A stretch of DNA of 64,000 nt from Octopus sinensis. Its lineage: Eukaryota. The stretch spans positions 96,658,001 through 96,722,000 of the forward strand of contig NC_042999.1 in the NCBI RefSeq assembly GCF_006345805.1, read 5' to 3'. The notes beneath the pieces were generated by a model that worked only from the letters and a program-made list of their open reading frames with translations, did not search any database and was not told the DNA's origin. Of the stretch, positions 1 to 14,116 are shown piece by piece (position 1 is the stretch's first letter; every line of letters begins with the position of its first letter). A program made the translations under genes and the position numbers.

Positions 1-696
1 GAACTACATCCGAAAGATTTTCTCTTGGTGATTAGGAAATACATCTGCTCACTTTCTATAGAACTCAAATAGGGGCTTATAATGGATTCCTACCCCTACA
101 GTTCGGATAGTGTTGCTGCTGCGCACACCACCTCTTTGGTACCATTCAAAAGGAAGCTGACTAGGAAGGATTCACTGATCAAGTCCCACAGATATACAGG
201 ATTTTCATTTTCGTTGTTCTACATGTCTTTATTGACTTTATAACATGCATAAATAAACCTGCACCCATCCAAAATATTTAACACACATTTCTTATTAATG
301 TTGCTATTATAATTTCATTTGTAACCAAATTCTATTTGAATATAATCTACAACTTTCCCTGTGCACATGCTTAAATATTTAGGTACTGAGAACAGCTTGC
401 TCCCTTAACCCATCGCATATGAGCCTAAGAACATTAATTAGTTGTTTTATATATACATCTGATTATAATTTGATCGCGTATGTATGCGTCTGTATATTTG
501 TGCACATACAAATCTTTTCTAAAGTTCACTATAGAAATCTAGAAATATCTTAATACCAACAACGACATTTTTTTTCTTTATTAGAAATCATTCCTTCCGT
601 TTTACGAAATAAGAAATTATTCTGTGCATTCCTGCGTGTCTGTTTAGTCTATATGTTACGCTTACGTCAAGGGCGGTAAAGACTCGAATGGAGAAG

Positions 697-721
697 TATA
701 TATGTATATATATATATATAT

Positions 722-774
<53 letters not shown>

Positions 775-830
775 ATAGATAGATAGAGAGAGAGAGATAG
801 ATAAATAGAGAGAGAGAGAGAGAGAGAGAG
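697..830. repeat. (TA)n/(GA)n microsatellite
   Basis: Direct reading; the 662..892 ORF is an artefact of it. Confidence 0.95.
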
Positions 831-999
831 GGGGCAGAAGAGGAAACTAAGACATAGAGAGAAAGAGTGGAACTGTTTATATTAGCCTGCATTTATGTGT
901 TTACATCGCAGGCACAGTCGAAATGTTTAACATGATGAAAATGCCATGAAGATCTATAAAATTAGGCATTAAAATATATATCGATATATAGTTAAAATA

Positions 1000-1385
1000 A
1001 TTGAAAGGTAGTTTTCCTTTGATCCTAGCCTTCTTTAATATATTGGCACTGCATCCTCAGTATGGTCATCTTATTCTTGTGATATAGCTCGTCCCATTAC
1101 TTCTGCTTCATCTGCTGGGAATGAATTTACATTTACACTTTGCTCTATGTCTTCACTGCTGTCATTCACTTCTCTGTCATCGCTGAGCACTTTATCTGTT
1201 GGTTAAGTATTATTACTGTTTTCTACTTACCTTTTTATCTCTTCAATTTCCATGTCTATTAACCAGGTTTTTGCTTTTATTGCTCTTGCCTGGTCTGCTA
1301 GCAGTTGTTCACTTATTTCGAAGACTCCTGTTTCATTCCATTTTGCTTTCATGCGTTGTCGGAATCCCCTTCTACCGGGTTCGAT
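1000..1385 (-). mobile_element. R4/Dong-clade LINE, N-terminal ORF fragment
   Basis: Translation EPGRRGFRQRMKAKWNE...SEQLLADQARAIKAKTWL..MEIEEIKR resembles, from recall, the N-terminal region of R4-clade ORFs; degraded. Confidence 0.6.
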
Positions 1386-1421
1386 AATATTATCATTATG
1401 ATTATGATTATCATTATTATT

Positions 1422-1837
1422 GAGTGAGAGAGCAGTGCATGCCATCAAGGTGAAACTGGAGTAAATATACGAAGCCCAGTATACCCATCGTGACTACCTG
1501 TCTGATAAGGGTACACCAGGCATATGCAACACAACCATATGTGCGCGACAGTGATCTTATATCAAGATAAACAGTGCACGATCTTGCAGATGGGGCCTAG
1601 TATGATGCTCCCCCATTACTTCTGCCCGTGATCAGAAACGCACATATTTTCAACCATTAAGGGACATGCTCAACTGGTTAAAGTCAAACAACTGACAAGC
1701 AAATCTGTGGTATTGAGCAGAATATTTGCTGTAGCCCATCTTTTATACCATGACAAAACAATGTAGAGGGTAACACTTCCAATCAATTAGCAAGAAAAGC
1801 CATGAAAGCCACTGCCTGGTACTGCAGCAGAGCATTT
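1422..1837 (-). mobile_element. ~557-bp TAA-flanked non-coding element, copy 1 (internal deletion)
   Basis: Shares both ends with the copies at 20264 and 21542 but lacks the middle part; (TTA)n on both sides. Confidence 0.85.
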
Positions 1838-1853
1838 ATTATTATTATTATTA

Positions 1854-1907
<54 letters not shown>

Positions 1908-1938
1908 CATCCTCATCATCATTATTATTATTGTTATT

Positions 1939-1977
<39 letters not shown>

Positions 1978-2100
1978 AAGGCAGCGAATGGGCAGACATT
2001 TCGACTGTCTTTTTGTTCTGACTTCAAATTCTGCTTAAGTCGGCTTTGCCTTCCAAACTTTCGGAGCCGATAAAATAAGCCACAGTTGTGTACTGAAGGT
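1978..2100 (+). mobile_element. tRNA-derived SINE family A, degenerate
   Basis: Matches family A head (aaggc.gcga..tggcaga), B-box-like ttcaaattc and gtcgactttgccttt..gataaaataag core. Confidence 0.65.
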
Positions 2101-3099
2101 GAAAGAGCTGACTTCCACCCAACCCCTGAAAAACTGTTGGCACTGAGCAGAAATGCCTGCAACAAAGTCAGCGAAAATCGCCAAAAGAAACAACAGTAAC
2201 AATAAACAAAACAGTGAATTGATGAACGATATAAACAAAACAATACAGAGACGAAATCATCCCTACCACCGAAAGACAGATTGTTAATAAAACTTGAGAC
2301 AAACGTATATATTGCGCTCTTGGACACTTTCCCAAGAAGTGTTGGAGCTTACTACAAATATTAAGCAACACTGCAGAAGTAGATAGATCTGAGACATATT
2401 GACGTATCATCATTATTTTATATTACTTTCTTATTGTTATAAATATATTAAAGTATACATTAGAAGTAGTGGATGATTTTTTTTAATACTTAGGTGTATA
2501 TTATATTTCAATTCTTTTTTTGTCTAATCTCATTCCTTCTTGTGTGATCAAAGGATTAAATTGGAACCAAGTATAATAACACTCTTTTCCATACTGTCAC
2601 TGTTTCATGTATAATTAATGTTATATTTTTTCATATTTTGCATTCATCTTTTAGTAACGACGACCTAACTGAGCTGATGTCAGGATTTAGTTTAATAACT
2701 GGGTAACCAAAAAGCGTTATATGAACTGCTTTGGGGATTTACCACGTTTCCATGTCAACTGTGGACATTTCATTCTGTAGAGATGTGATTTCCTTTCTCA
2801 CACCATATATGGTCGGTTAATTCTTGACTTTAACACCTGATAACAATCAAAGATGAGAACAATCAAAACCTAGTGCAGACGTTTTTTTTTTTTAACTTTT
2901 ATCTCTACCGATGAGATTACTCATCGCAGTAATTATAATCTTATTAACAACTTATCTCAGACATTTAGATATTCAAGCAACATGAATCCCTTACAGAAGT
3001 ACTTCTGTGATATAGATTTGGCTATACATAATGGTTGGCCTGTTACATTTCATAATGGTAACTTGAAGTATTAGTAGGGGTGTCATTCGCGAAGGAATT

Positions 3100-3536
3100 G
3101 GTAGTTGTTGAGGTGTTAGTGTTGTTAGTAATGTTGTTCGTTGAATTGATTTAGAAGATGACAACGATTAAATTGGTTGCGATGACGTTGATGGTGGGAA
3201 GAATATAAATGGAATAATTATATAGGTGTTATTAATGATGTTGATTTGGATAATGACAAAGATGATATGTAGTAACCTGCATTTACAGTAGGTGATGAAG
3301 ATGCTGACGATAGTATTAGGGGTGGTGGCAGTTAAGTTAGTGAGGGTATGGATAAGGGGGTGGTAATGATGGTTGTAGTGTAGATGGTCATGGTAAGAGC
3401 AGTGGAAATGGTAATTGGGAAAATATGATGATTTTGATGTCGATCGAGGTGACGGTGACAATAACAGATATGCTGGTCATGATTGTAACGATAGTACTGA
3501 TTCTTTAATGCAACGGATGATGATGCTCTTGATGGA

Positions 3537-3570
<34 letters not shown>

Positions 3571-3733
3571 TGGTCGTACTGGTGATGATGGTGGTAGCAT
3601 TGTTAGTGGTGATGGAGTGGCAGTGGTCATGATGGGTGTGGTTGTGGTGGTGGGGTGGCGATAATAGTGGTAATGGTGGTAATAGTAGTAGGTACTTTTA
3701 TAATGATAGTGATCTAATGACAGCTTGGCACGA

Positions 3734-3778
<45 letters not shown>

Positions 3779-4071
3779 CAGCAGTAGCAGCAGCAGCAGC
3801 AGTAACAACAACAGCTGTGCCGGTGACGGCAGCGGGTTAAATTTTGTGATTTTCTGGCGGTATAGTGGTAATTGTAATGGCATACATTGTCATTATCAGC
3901 TCCGATGTAGTAGTGGCAGCGGCGTCGACGGCGGTGGTCTTGGTGAAGTTGTTGTTGTTGTTGTTGGTGTTGGTGGTGGTGGTGGTGTGGTGGTGGTGGT
4001 GTTGTTGTTGTTGTTGTGGTGGTGGTGGTGGTGTGGTGGTGGTGGTGTTGTTGTTGTTGGTGGTGGTGTTG

Positions 4072-4103
<32 letters not shown>

Positions 4104-4140
4104 AGTGGTGGTGGTGGTAGCTGTGAGGGTTAATAGTAGC
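3100..4140. repeat. Mosaic trinucleotide low-complexity tract (GAT/TAG/TGG/TTG)
   Basis: Direct reading. Confidence 0.9.
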
Positions 4141-4752
4141 AGAGTTGTTAATAGCGTTGGTGGCAGTGACGAACTAATTTCCAAATGCGAAGTGCAGCAG
4201 ACTGCTAAATAGAGAACCATAAAGCATAGTCTAAATCAAAAAAGAAAATCAAAACTAGTACGAAGGCACTGTTGTTATACATAGTCAAAATGTAAATGAT
4301 AATTAAAAGTATGTGTAAGTCTAACAAAGGGTGTGAAGTGAGGCGGGGAGAATTACATCAAGGGCAACGCTGCTGCACAGTGCTAAGAAAAGTTCGGAGG
4401 CTTGAGTACTTCAAAGGCTTAGAATATTAAAAGAGCAACTTGGGTGTTACGTATTCAAAGGGAGAAAACAGACAACACTCTTCAATTTCACAGAAAAACA
4501 AATAAGTTGAAGTGCATTTCAAATACGCTACAGGAGTGAGAGAAAGTGAGAGAGGAAAGGGAAGGACAGAGAGGGGGAGAATGAAAGATCGAAACTGGTA
4601 AAGCCATTAGCAAGTAAAACTGTTTAGTGTAAAGGTGGCAAATGACGGTTTCAGCAGACATCCTGTTAGAATGTACAATGTCACAGTGAGCCTTGGCTTG
4701 GACGGTCAAGGTCTCTGAATATTAAAATCACCATCGCAGAGAAAATGAGGAC

Positions 4753-4787
<35 letters not shown>

Positions 4788-5026
4788 GTGTGTGTGTGTG
4801 TGTGTGTGCGGATGAGATTGAGAGAGAAAGAAAGAGAGAGAGGGGGGCATAAAAAAAAGACCAAGAGAGAACTGATGGAAATTTTTTTAAACGTTTGTGT
4901 TAATGAATATTTGCATTTATGTACGTAGATACGAGCGTAGACGTGCGTGCATGGGCGTGTGTGTGATTGTTTGCAAACGTGTGTGTGTGTGTGTTTGCTT
5001 GTGTGCGTATGTATGTGTGTGTGTGC

Positions 5027-5065
<39 letters not shown>

Positions 5066-5079
5066 TGTGTGTGTGTGTG

Positions 5080-5235
5080 AGGTTGTGTGGTATGAAGTTT
5101 GCTTCCCAACCACATGGTTCCAGGTCCAGTTTCACTGCATGATACCTTGGACAAGTGTCTTCTACTATATCCTCGGGCCGACCGAAGCCTTGTGAGAGGA
5201 TTTGGTAGTTGGAAGCTGAGAGAAGCCCACTGTAT
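5080..5235 (+). mobile_element. tRNA-derived SINE family B, 5' half
   Basis: Collinear with the first ~160 bp of the full copy at 48433. Confidence 0.85.
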
Positions 5236-5402
5236 ATGTGTGCGCGCGCAACACATATACATATAACATATACAGCGCGCACACAAATACATATACACAT
5301 ATACAGCGCACACATATACATATAACATAGCGGATCCGCAAAAGCAACTAATAGAAAAAGTACCAGGCTTTTAAAAAATAATATGTATATAAATACATAT
5401 AG

Positions 5403-5537
5403 AAGGTTGTTTGTTGTGGCCAAAGCGCTTAGCTGTATAGGCCACTTGTCAGATTCAAACGAGTCGCCTGTGCAGCTGTGCGCTTTATAGGCACGAAGCC
5501 AATAGTTACTCTCTGACTGGACTTAACAAACAACCTT
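5403..5537. mobile_element. Short MITE-like element
   Basis: Terminal inverted repeat aaggttgtttgtt / aacaaacaacctt. Confidence 0.4.
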
Positions 5538-6979
5538 TTAAATATTACTACTCTAATGAGTGTGGTTCTTTTTCGGGTATTTGAATTTTACAAAAGAATG
5601 GAAATTATATAATCATATTTGTTGACTCACGGCTGCCTGTATTTTGTTGTTGTGACAACGTTATGATGCTTAGGGAGGTAATACCCTGATGACGTTTGGG
5701 GACAGCTACTAATCACATGCGAGATGTCTGCCACAAAAATATGACATAATAAGACACTCGGCTGCATCTTGGAGTTCCAAGGGCATTATTGTCTCTTTTG
5801 TTTATTAAGTATTTCGTAGCAATCTCCTGGTCTTAGATTGCAAATGCATAGCCTTCGAAGTGAAATGTGATGTAACGGTCACGAGTCCAAGAAAGCCTAC
5901 GCCTCTCGTTGATATTACTGTCTTTTTCGAGTCTTCGGGAAACATACCCATGCGTACACACTTTTTGTTAAGATTAGCGTTTTACATTCAGATCTTTGTA
6001 TGTATGTCTCTTCTTTTTTTTTTAATTATTATAAATCTTTCACTGAGGAGGGAGCCGGTTTCCAACAAAGATACAAGGCTCCATCTTTGGGATGTATGTA
6101 TGTATGTAGGTAAGATATAGATTGTTTAGAATTCAATGAAATCATTAAAACTGAAAAGAAAGTATTGAAAAATCGTGTATTTTTTATACATTCTGAGTTT
6201 AATTATTTCAAATATTTTTTCATTTTTTTTCAGTGAGTGTATTTACTTCGTTATTTCTTAAGAAAGTAAGCTATTTCTAGTTCCTATTCTTATATATAAA
6301 AGACATACAGTATGTGTGCTTGTGTGAGTGTATACCTGTATAATCGCGTATATTTTTGAATTTCCAGTCCTGTGCTGGAATTACTTTTTCTGTCCTGCGT
6401 ATTTAAAAAAACGTATGTTTATCATGCACGTGTGCATATATATCTACATGTACACTTATACGGTTCTATCTATTAAATTCACATATTCCGAAATCACTGG
6501 AACTGCTTCCACTCAAAGAATCCTTATAATTTTATAAGTGACTGACTTAGAGCCTTCGTAGAACATTAATATTCAAGAATGGCATACACAGATACACACG
6601 TTACATACACACGCGCGCACACGCAAACATTACTACATTGGAAAACAATTCAAAAGAAACTATAATTTGTTTGTCACTAGATCTGCTCGAATGTTACGCT
6701 TTTAACAAATTTAACTAGGGAACGAAATCGAAAACATAATCTTATCCTTTAACATAATGTAACAATGTTATGAAGGCTTTTAAATTTACGCCTCATAGGT
6801 GAAATAAGAACATTTATAAAACATAATATTTCCCCAGGTCGTGCAAGTATTTATAATCTGGTAAAAAGTGCATCTTTTTACCACGTAAGTAGTAGTGTGA
6901 ACGCTGGTATTTTATTTCGAGGAAACTTTAGAAAATGATATTATTGAACTTATTTTGTTTGTTGAAATTTTAATATTAG

Positions 6980-7192
6980 TTTCAAATTTGGCACAGAGCC
7001 AGTAACTTCGGGAAAGCGGGTACGTCAATTACATCGACCCCAGTGCTCAACTCTTACTTATGTTATCGACCCTTGAAGGATGAAAGGTAATGTTGACCTC
7101 GGTGGAATTAGAACTCAGAACGTAAAGACGGACCAAATGCTGCTGAGCCTTTTTGCCCGGCGTGCTTACGATTCAGCCAACTCGCCGCCTTA
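6980..7192 (-). mobile_element. SINE family A
   Basis: Reverse complement reads aaggcggcgagttggctgaatcg...ctgagttctaattccaccgaggtcaac...ggggtcgatgtaattgac. Confidence 0.9.
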
Positions 7193-7206
7193 TGTTAAAG
7201 TATATC

Positions 7207-7388
7207 AAAGCGGTGAGCTGGGAGAATTCTTAGCACGCCGAATAACTTGTTTAGTCCGTCTTTAAGTTCTGAGTTCAAATGTCTTTCATCCTTTCAGGAT
7301 CGATAAAATAAGTACCAACTGAGCACAGGGGTCAACGTAATCGTCTTACTCCGAACTTGTTGATCTTGTGCCAAAATCTGAAACCAAT
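7207..7388 (+). mobile_element. SINE family A (with internal deletions)
   Basis: aaagcggtgagctgg...gttctgagttcaaat...gatcgataaaataagtacc...cttgtgccaaaatctgaaac. Confidence 0.85.
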
Positions 7389-8890
7389 GTTTAATAGCAT
7401 ACTTGTTTAAACGTTAACCAAACGACCAGTATGACGAATCTTTTACAACCAGTGGGAAACATGTAGCTCTATTAGTGATGTTTTACATTACTTATGTGCA
7501 GTGTTTTTGCCCCATTCTGGTATAAAATATCTGTTTTTCACCCTATGTTTCCCAAATATATTTGAATAAATGTGTGTGTTCTGAGAATTATTAGACATTA
7601 TTGACAAGAATGGGGTACATATGAGTTCAAATTTCGAGGACTGTAGTTTATTGAATTGAATTCATTACTTGACTTTCACCTATCCCAGCGCCCCCGGTGG
7701 GATGTCAAGTGAAGTAGATGTCAAGTAATCCACAGGATTATTAATCGTAAGTAAATGACGTAAGCTATATAAATATATTGTCTTGTCGTGTCTACTAAAT
7801 CATAATCTCATTTTCTTTTGAGACATTAAAATAAATATAATGATTTCTTACAAGGACATGTGGCCAGAAATTTGTAGGAAAGTTGATTTAATCGATCACA
7901 GGACGGCGATTGTAGAAAGATGAAAGGTAAAGTAAACTCATTAGTATAATGCCGTAATTAAAACTTTAAGTTATTTAGGCCAACGCACTACAGTTTTCAC
8001 TACTTCATTGTCTGTTGCTTTGTTTTCTTTTTGTTATATTTTCTGTCTGGGTATGCATGTGTGTGTATGTTTTCCCTCATATTATTATCAAAATAATTAG
8101 TTTCAAATTTAATTAAACTAAATCCAGTACACCATCCTATCATTTACAACTGAAAGACTTAATATGAACCATGGTTAATAGTGCTGACAATCTATCTCTC
8201 TTATCCCTTTCTTCTTTTCTTTCATTCTTGTGGGTGCCATGAAGAAGTAAGCTCAAAATGAGTCGAGTGTTCAACTCTATTCCCTATTATTTAACTAATC
8301 TTCACCTATATCCAGAATGCTCTTCAAAGTAGCTTGTAAATCACATCTCCATTTCTTCTGCATCTGAAGTCAAAAAGATTATCGCAAATCGGCGGATAAC
8401 GCAGATTATAAAGAATAGAACAAATGATCGAATTTTCAAATTTTGACATAAAAGGAGGCTAACAGAGAGACTAAAGGTTTGTGACATAAAAGGGAATTTA
8501 TTGATAGACTAAAAGTCGAAGCAAGAGCAAATGAAACTGACACGGATTCTCCAAATCTAATCCATTAGTGGCACGGTGAAAATCTGTAAGATATTCCAAA
8601 CATTTTCCATCTAAGATTCATTAAATGAATAGATGCTCGAACTTGCGTGTGCACATCGACGGCTCACTCAACACACCAAATTAAGCACATATTTACAAAC
8701 AGCTGGAGCTCTGTTATCTCAAAAACTGTTGTCGCTGAGTTAGCGACCGGCTTGAACTCTCCCAAGAAGAAATTAAATAAAACTCTAAGATATATACATG
8801 CATACATAAGGACTAACTCATCTGGTCAGATGATAGACGTTTCACATTAGATAGAGATAGATCCGTAAGTTATTGGATTTAAGTAACAAA

Positions 8891-9108
8891 ATAATTTTTT
8901 CTACTAGAGGCACAAGGCCTGAAATTTTGTGGGAGAGGGCCAGTCCATTAGAAGGATCCCTGTACGCAACTGGTACTTGATTTATTGACCCCAAAAGGAC
9001 GAAAGGCGAAGTCGACCTCGGCGGAATTTGAACTCAGAATGTAGTGACGGGTGAATTACGCTAAGCATTTCGCCCGGTGTGCTAACCAGTCTGCCAGCTA
9101 GCCACCTT
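8891..9108 (-). mobile_element. SINE family A
   Basis: Head-to-tail match to the other family A copies. Confidence 0.9.
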
Positions 9109-9120
9109 CAACATATCAAT

Positions 9121-9250
9121 AATAATCTTTCCTACTCTAGGCACAAATCCCGAAATTTTGGGGGAGGGACCAGTCGATTAGATCGACCCCAGTATGCAAC
9201 TGATACCTAATTTATCAACCCCGAAAGGATGAACGGCGAAGTCGACCTCG
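9121..9250 (-). mobile_element. SINE family A, 5'-truncated
   Basis: Tail and core only, ending at gtcgacctcg. Confidence 0.85.
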
Positions 9251-10056
9251 AAGCTGCCAAATCTCCTTCAATTTTTATCCTACTTTCTGACATATATACG
9301 AAATACAGAATGGTGTAACGTCTATTTATTTATGGATCTGCTCAATCACGACTGGCCAGTGATTAAAAAGAAAAGACAGTATAGCATCAACCACTGGTGT
9401 AGTTAATAGAGAAGGAAGAGGAGAGACCGCTCCCCACGAGCACATTTTTTCAAATGAATTCTTTTAACTCTTTTATTAAATATACCAGTAGTTGTAAGTT
9501 TCATACATATTTACATTCTTACTGAAAAATGAGGAAATTAATGAATGCAGAATACATTTACGTACATTATAAATAATGAAATATTTCGTGTAATATAAGA
9601 GAAATGAGTTTAAAATTGTTTAATATGTGCTTGGGCGCCATTGTTTATGTGTTCGCTCCCCCTAAATTTAGAACTTGGCTATGCTTCTGATAACAACAGC
9701 AACAACTACTAGGCCAATATATCAGCATTATCTACACAACAATTTACATCAATATCATCAGCATCATTAGCAACAACATTTTCATCATCAACAACAGTGA
9801 CAATAACAGCAAAATCATTTAGTGTTTATCAGTAATGAGATATTTAATGTGGGTAGGAGGTCATTCAATGGGTAAGGCACGATCTTTAGGATCCCTGATA
9901 GGGTGTGCTACAATATGCTTATTATCAACTTTCGTATGACATTTGAAAGCAGGAGTCTTGTTACTTTTTATTTTGTTTTCTGTTACCTGTGTGTATGGAT
10001 TTGTCTCTATAAGAATTAAGGGAATTGATACGTGTATGATGTGAGAATACACATAC

Positions 10057-10093
<37 letters not shown>

Positions 10094-10139
10094 CAAATTA
10101 ATAAATAAAACATATGCATATATACATACATATATGTAC

Positions 10140-10700
10140 GTATCTACATCTACATGTATATACACATGCATATATGGGTACAGGACACTAAAAAAACGTC
10201 GAACACAATGAGAAACGAAAACATAAACACAAAATCAAGGAAATGGACATTTTTCTTAAACAACGAAAAAATAGAGTACAGGACATAGAACACAAGGAAA
10301 ATTCCATCTGATTTGCCGCTCAGGTGGATCTATTTGGATCTTCCTCTTTACACTTCGAATGCGTTTTCAATCTTCCAGTAGCAGTTTAGGTTAAATTTCT
10401 TTTGCTCAAAGCTTAGTCTGGCTACAGGTGGACATTGATCCGGTCCATTCATCGAAGATCATCGCTGGTGAAGAAAAATGGTGCTACTAGTGCAGCAAAC
10501 AGGAGGGCTATAAATTTCATTACTGAAGTTGTAGATCCTGATAAAGAGGTCTGGTCAGTGGTTTGCTGCTACTAGGAGTGGGTCTGACGTTGAAAGAGCC
10601 GAAATTTCCTGAGATCCCAGAATCATCACAAACGATCCCAAAGCATCCACGAGATTTAACTTAAAACTAAGCTACATTTCAATAAATGTATTGTTATGGC
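10140..10700 (-). mobile_element. Probable PLE 3'-end fragment (EN tail plus 3' UTR)
   Basis: 3' part resembles 35640-35800 (agat..ac..gc.ggcaa.c.gatg...gacgt..tgtacccatatatg); ARLSFEQKKFNLN is a weak EN-tail-like peptide. Confidence 0.35.
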
Positions 10701-10949
10701 TTAGTTAAAAGGGGAAGAGTTGCGCCATGACCCATTTCAGGACCTCCAAGGTGGAGGCGGGCCTGTATAGGGAGACACACACACGGGTTGATGCAGTAGG
10801 AAGTAACAAGATTTATAGAGATATTCTTAGACGTATGTCAAGTGTGGTATAAAATGAAGTGTGTAAAAGTAAAAGGAAGTGAACGATAGGAAGACAGAGA
10901 CGAGGGTATCAACTGGAGCGTGAAGTATTGTAACGGTCATGTGCTAACA

Positions 10950-11252
10950 TACAGAACAACAATAGCAACAACAACAGCAGCAGCGATAATAACAACAAAA
11001 ACAACAGCTGCCATACTTATCAAATGGCACCAACATTAACAGTAAACAATAATGATAATCCACTTTGATGTTGTCAACGGAGGTGGGGGGGTGAAAAGGA
11101 AGGGAAGAAGAGGGGCGGAGGAAGCGGGAGAGGAGACGGAGGAGAAGGGGAGGAGGACAGCATCGACGTCGATGACGAAGACAATGATAATGACGACCAC
11201 CATCGCGACTAGTACAGTCACGACCGTGACGACGATGACGGCGACTACAGCA

Positions 11253-11289
<37 letters not shown>

Positions 11290-12110
11290 CATCGACAACG
11301 ACGACGACGGCGATGATGATGGGGATGATGATGATGATGATGATGACGACGATGATGATTTTGATCACTATCACCACCACCACTGCTACCATTACGACTT
11401 CGCCCACCATGATCACAACAGCAGGTATGTTGATGGTGATGATTATGATGCGGAATGATGATACTGATGACGATGCTGATTATGTTGCTATTGTTGTTGC
11501 TGCTATTCTTACTCAATCAAGGTTGACGAAGCCAACAAGGGAAATAGCAGCCAAATTTCCCCTCTTTATACACACTATCATATTAACAGAATGAGAAAGG
11601 ACACACAGGATAGTGTAATCCTACTTTACATAATGCCTGAAAAATAAAAAGAACTGGATAATAATGGCTGAAATAACTTTGATCATAGATCATTGATCTG
11701 AATGATCAGGGTTGCTCTTCTAAAACGACGTGGTATAATTTGAGGAAGTTTTTGGGGTTCACTTATTTGGTTCGTTGGGATCCCTTGTTAGTTCGATGAT
11801 AACGGTAGACGACGACAAAGACAAAAACAAAAACGAAGATCACAAAAACGATGACAACGATGATGATGATTATGATGATGCTGATGATGATGATGATGAT
11901 GATGATGGCGCCACCGCGCCGCCGACGACGACGACGACAACGATGAATAGGATGATGATGATGATGGTGGTGGTGGTGATGTTGGCGATGATGATGGCGA
12001 TGATGATGGTGATGATGTTGATGATGATGATGAGGAGGAGGAGGAGGAGGACGACGACGACGACGACGGCGGCGACAGCGACGATGACAATAGTGGCAGA
12101 GATTGTGCTG
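10950..12110. repeat. Mosaic trinucleotide tract (GAT/GAC/AAC/GAG)
   Basis: Direct reading. Confidence 0.9.
11540..11725 (+). repeat. Dispersed repeat family D (unclassified, SINE-like tail)
   Basis: Shares agcag(c/t)caaat, gaagga and tttgat(c/t)ata blocks with 13420-13510 and 63615-63740. Confidence 0.4.
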
Positions 12111-12549
12111 AAGTGACGCAGTTTCTTTTAAGCTTCATGATTAACCCGTGATTAACTTGAGCTAAATCCCTCATTCAAGTTACAATTGGTTTATCTCAAA
12201 CCTACTGCTGGTCCAGCAACAGATTAATTAAACCATATAATCCACACTAATTCAATCCTTCTAACTGATTACCATCCTCCCTACCAATACCACCACCATT
12301 ACCACGAAAATCACCATCGCCACCAATTCCACGATAATCAATATTAACCAATACCACCATCAGCAACACCACCATCAGCAGCAGCAGCACCACCACCATC
12401 AGAACCATCACCAGGATCATCAGCACCAATACTATCACCCTTACTGCCGTCATCGTAAATACACCTACAACTATAATCACAACCATCAGAAGCTACATTC
12501 GTTCTCATCGTTGTTACACCAACACAAGGATCATTAAAGTAATAGTAAA

Positions 12550-12865
12550 GACCCCCTTCGGTCATGAATGACCATGGGATTGCACTGAGAAAGTTACCCA
12601 CCGAGGCACAAGTCCGGGCAACGTTGTTGAAGGAAGACCAGCAGTCGCTCAATCATACCAGCCTCCCCTCTCCACGTCACTGATATCCAAGGGAAAGGCA
12701 AAAGCTGATACTAGTTGGCATTAGTGACGTCGCAACTCATTTCTACCTCTGGAGCAACGAGAAATAATGCGTCTTGCTCAAGAACATAACATACAGCCCA
12801 GTCTAGGAATCGAACTCACTGCCTTATGATTGTGAGCCCAACATTCTAACCACTGTGCCATGCGC
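12550..12865 (-). mobile_element. tRNA-derived SINE family C (CORE-like body)
   Basis: Reverse complement collinear over its length with 60087-60420. Confidence 0.85.
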
Positions 12866-13070
12866 TGGCAGAATCGTTCGCGCTCCGTGCAAAATACTAA
12901 GCGGCATTTCGTCCATCTTTAAATTCTAAGTTCAAATTCTGCTGAGGTCGACTTTGCCTTTCATCGCTTTCGGGGGTCGATAAAACAAGAACCAGTTGAA
13001 TACTAGGGTCGATGTGATCGACTTATCCTCCCGTCCTTGAAATGGTTGTTGTGGTACCAAACTTTGAAAC
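12864..13070 (+). mobile_element. SINE family A
   Basis: ctggcagaatcgtt...ttcaaattctgctgaggtcgactttgcctttcatc...actttgaaac. Confidence 0.9.
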
Positions 13071-14074
13071 TGTTTATAAGAATTGCTAACGCTAAAACTA
13101 CTACCAATACTATTTTTTTACCTCACCGCCATTCTTAAAGACCATGATCTGAAATAAACAACCAACCGACACAAGAAATACTACAACCAAAGCCATGAAC
13201 CATGACATCAAACTACCACCAAATCCACAACCATCACTAGATACACTATCACCACCACAACAACCGAAGCTATTACAAGCAACCAACATTAATACACACC
13301 ACCATCACTACCCCATCGATACAACTACCACTACTACCACCACCACTACTACTACTTCTACAATCACGAACGCTACCAATAGAATCCCCAAGGGAACGAC
13401 AGCCCGTTATCTAAGCTAGACTTTAAAAGATGGGATGGTCAAAGTTGGAATGTCTTTGATTATACGTTTCCTAGATCCAGACTGACCTGGGGTTAAATAA
13501 CAAAAGACAGCAGCGCCCCACCATTATCAGCATAACCATTACAACTACCAAGAACTACAAGAACACCATATCACACACACTACGAAATACTACATTTTCC
13601 AACACCAGCCCCATCAACAATAACATCATTGTCACTCCCACCCCAAACACGACCACCTTCCTCTAACACCTCCAGCGCTAACATCACCACTACCACCACC
13701 ACTAACTACCATCGCCAGCACCATCACCGCTACCGCCACCACCATCGCCACCGCCACCACTGCCACCATTACTCTTAACTATCATTGTCACGCTCGAACA
13801 CCTCTAACCGTTACCATCACCACAATCAGCACAACCACCACCCGCTAATAAACTATGTTTATATAATCTTCGCCCAGACTTAGCCGCACAATCCGCCAAT
13901 CATGGCCCCGATTTCAGCACTTTGGGTGGTCCTCTATAGGTATATGTTGAAAGATCCGCACTGATTGCTTAAACAATACAATTGCTGTTCATTTTTGGAA
14001 GGTTGTCACTATTTGGTTTCTTAATTGCTTACTACCAACATTAGAGGTGATTTTATGTTTCAGTATCAAAATAG

Positions 14075-14116
<42 letters not shown>

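Noticed and set aside
3636-4220. Gly/Val/Ser-rich and Thr/Asn/His-rich ORFs (also 10944-12174 and 25653-26372)
   Set aside because: Trinucleotide repeats read open in several frames on both strands
9392-9690. Possible CAGTGGCGTAGC-type MITE
   Set aside because: Terminal similarity too degenerate to support
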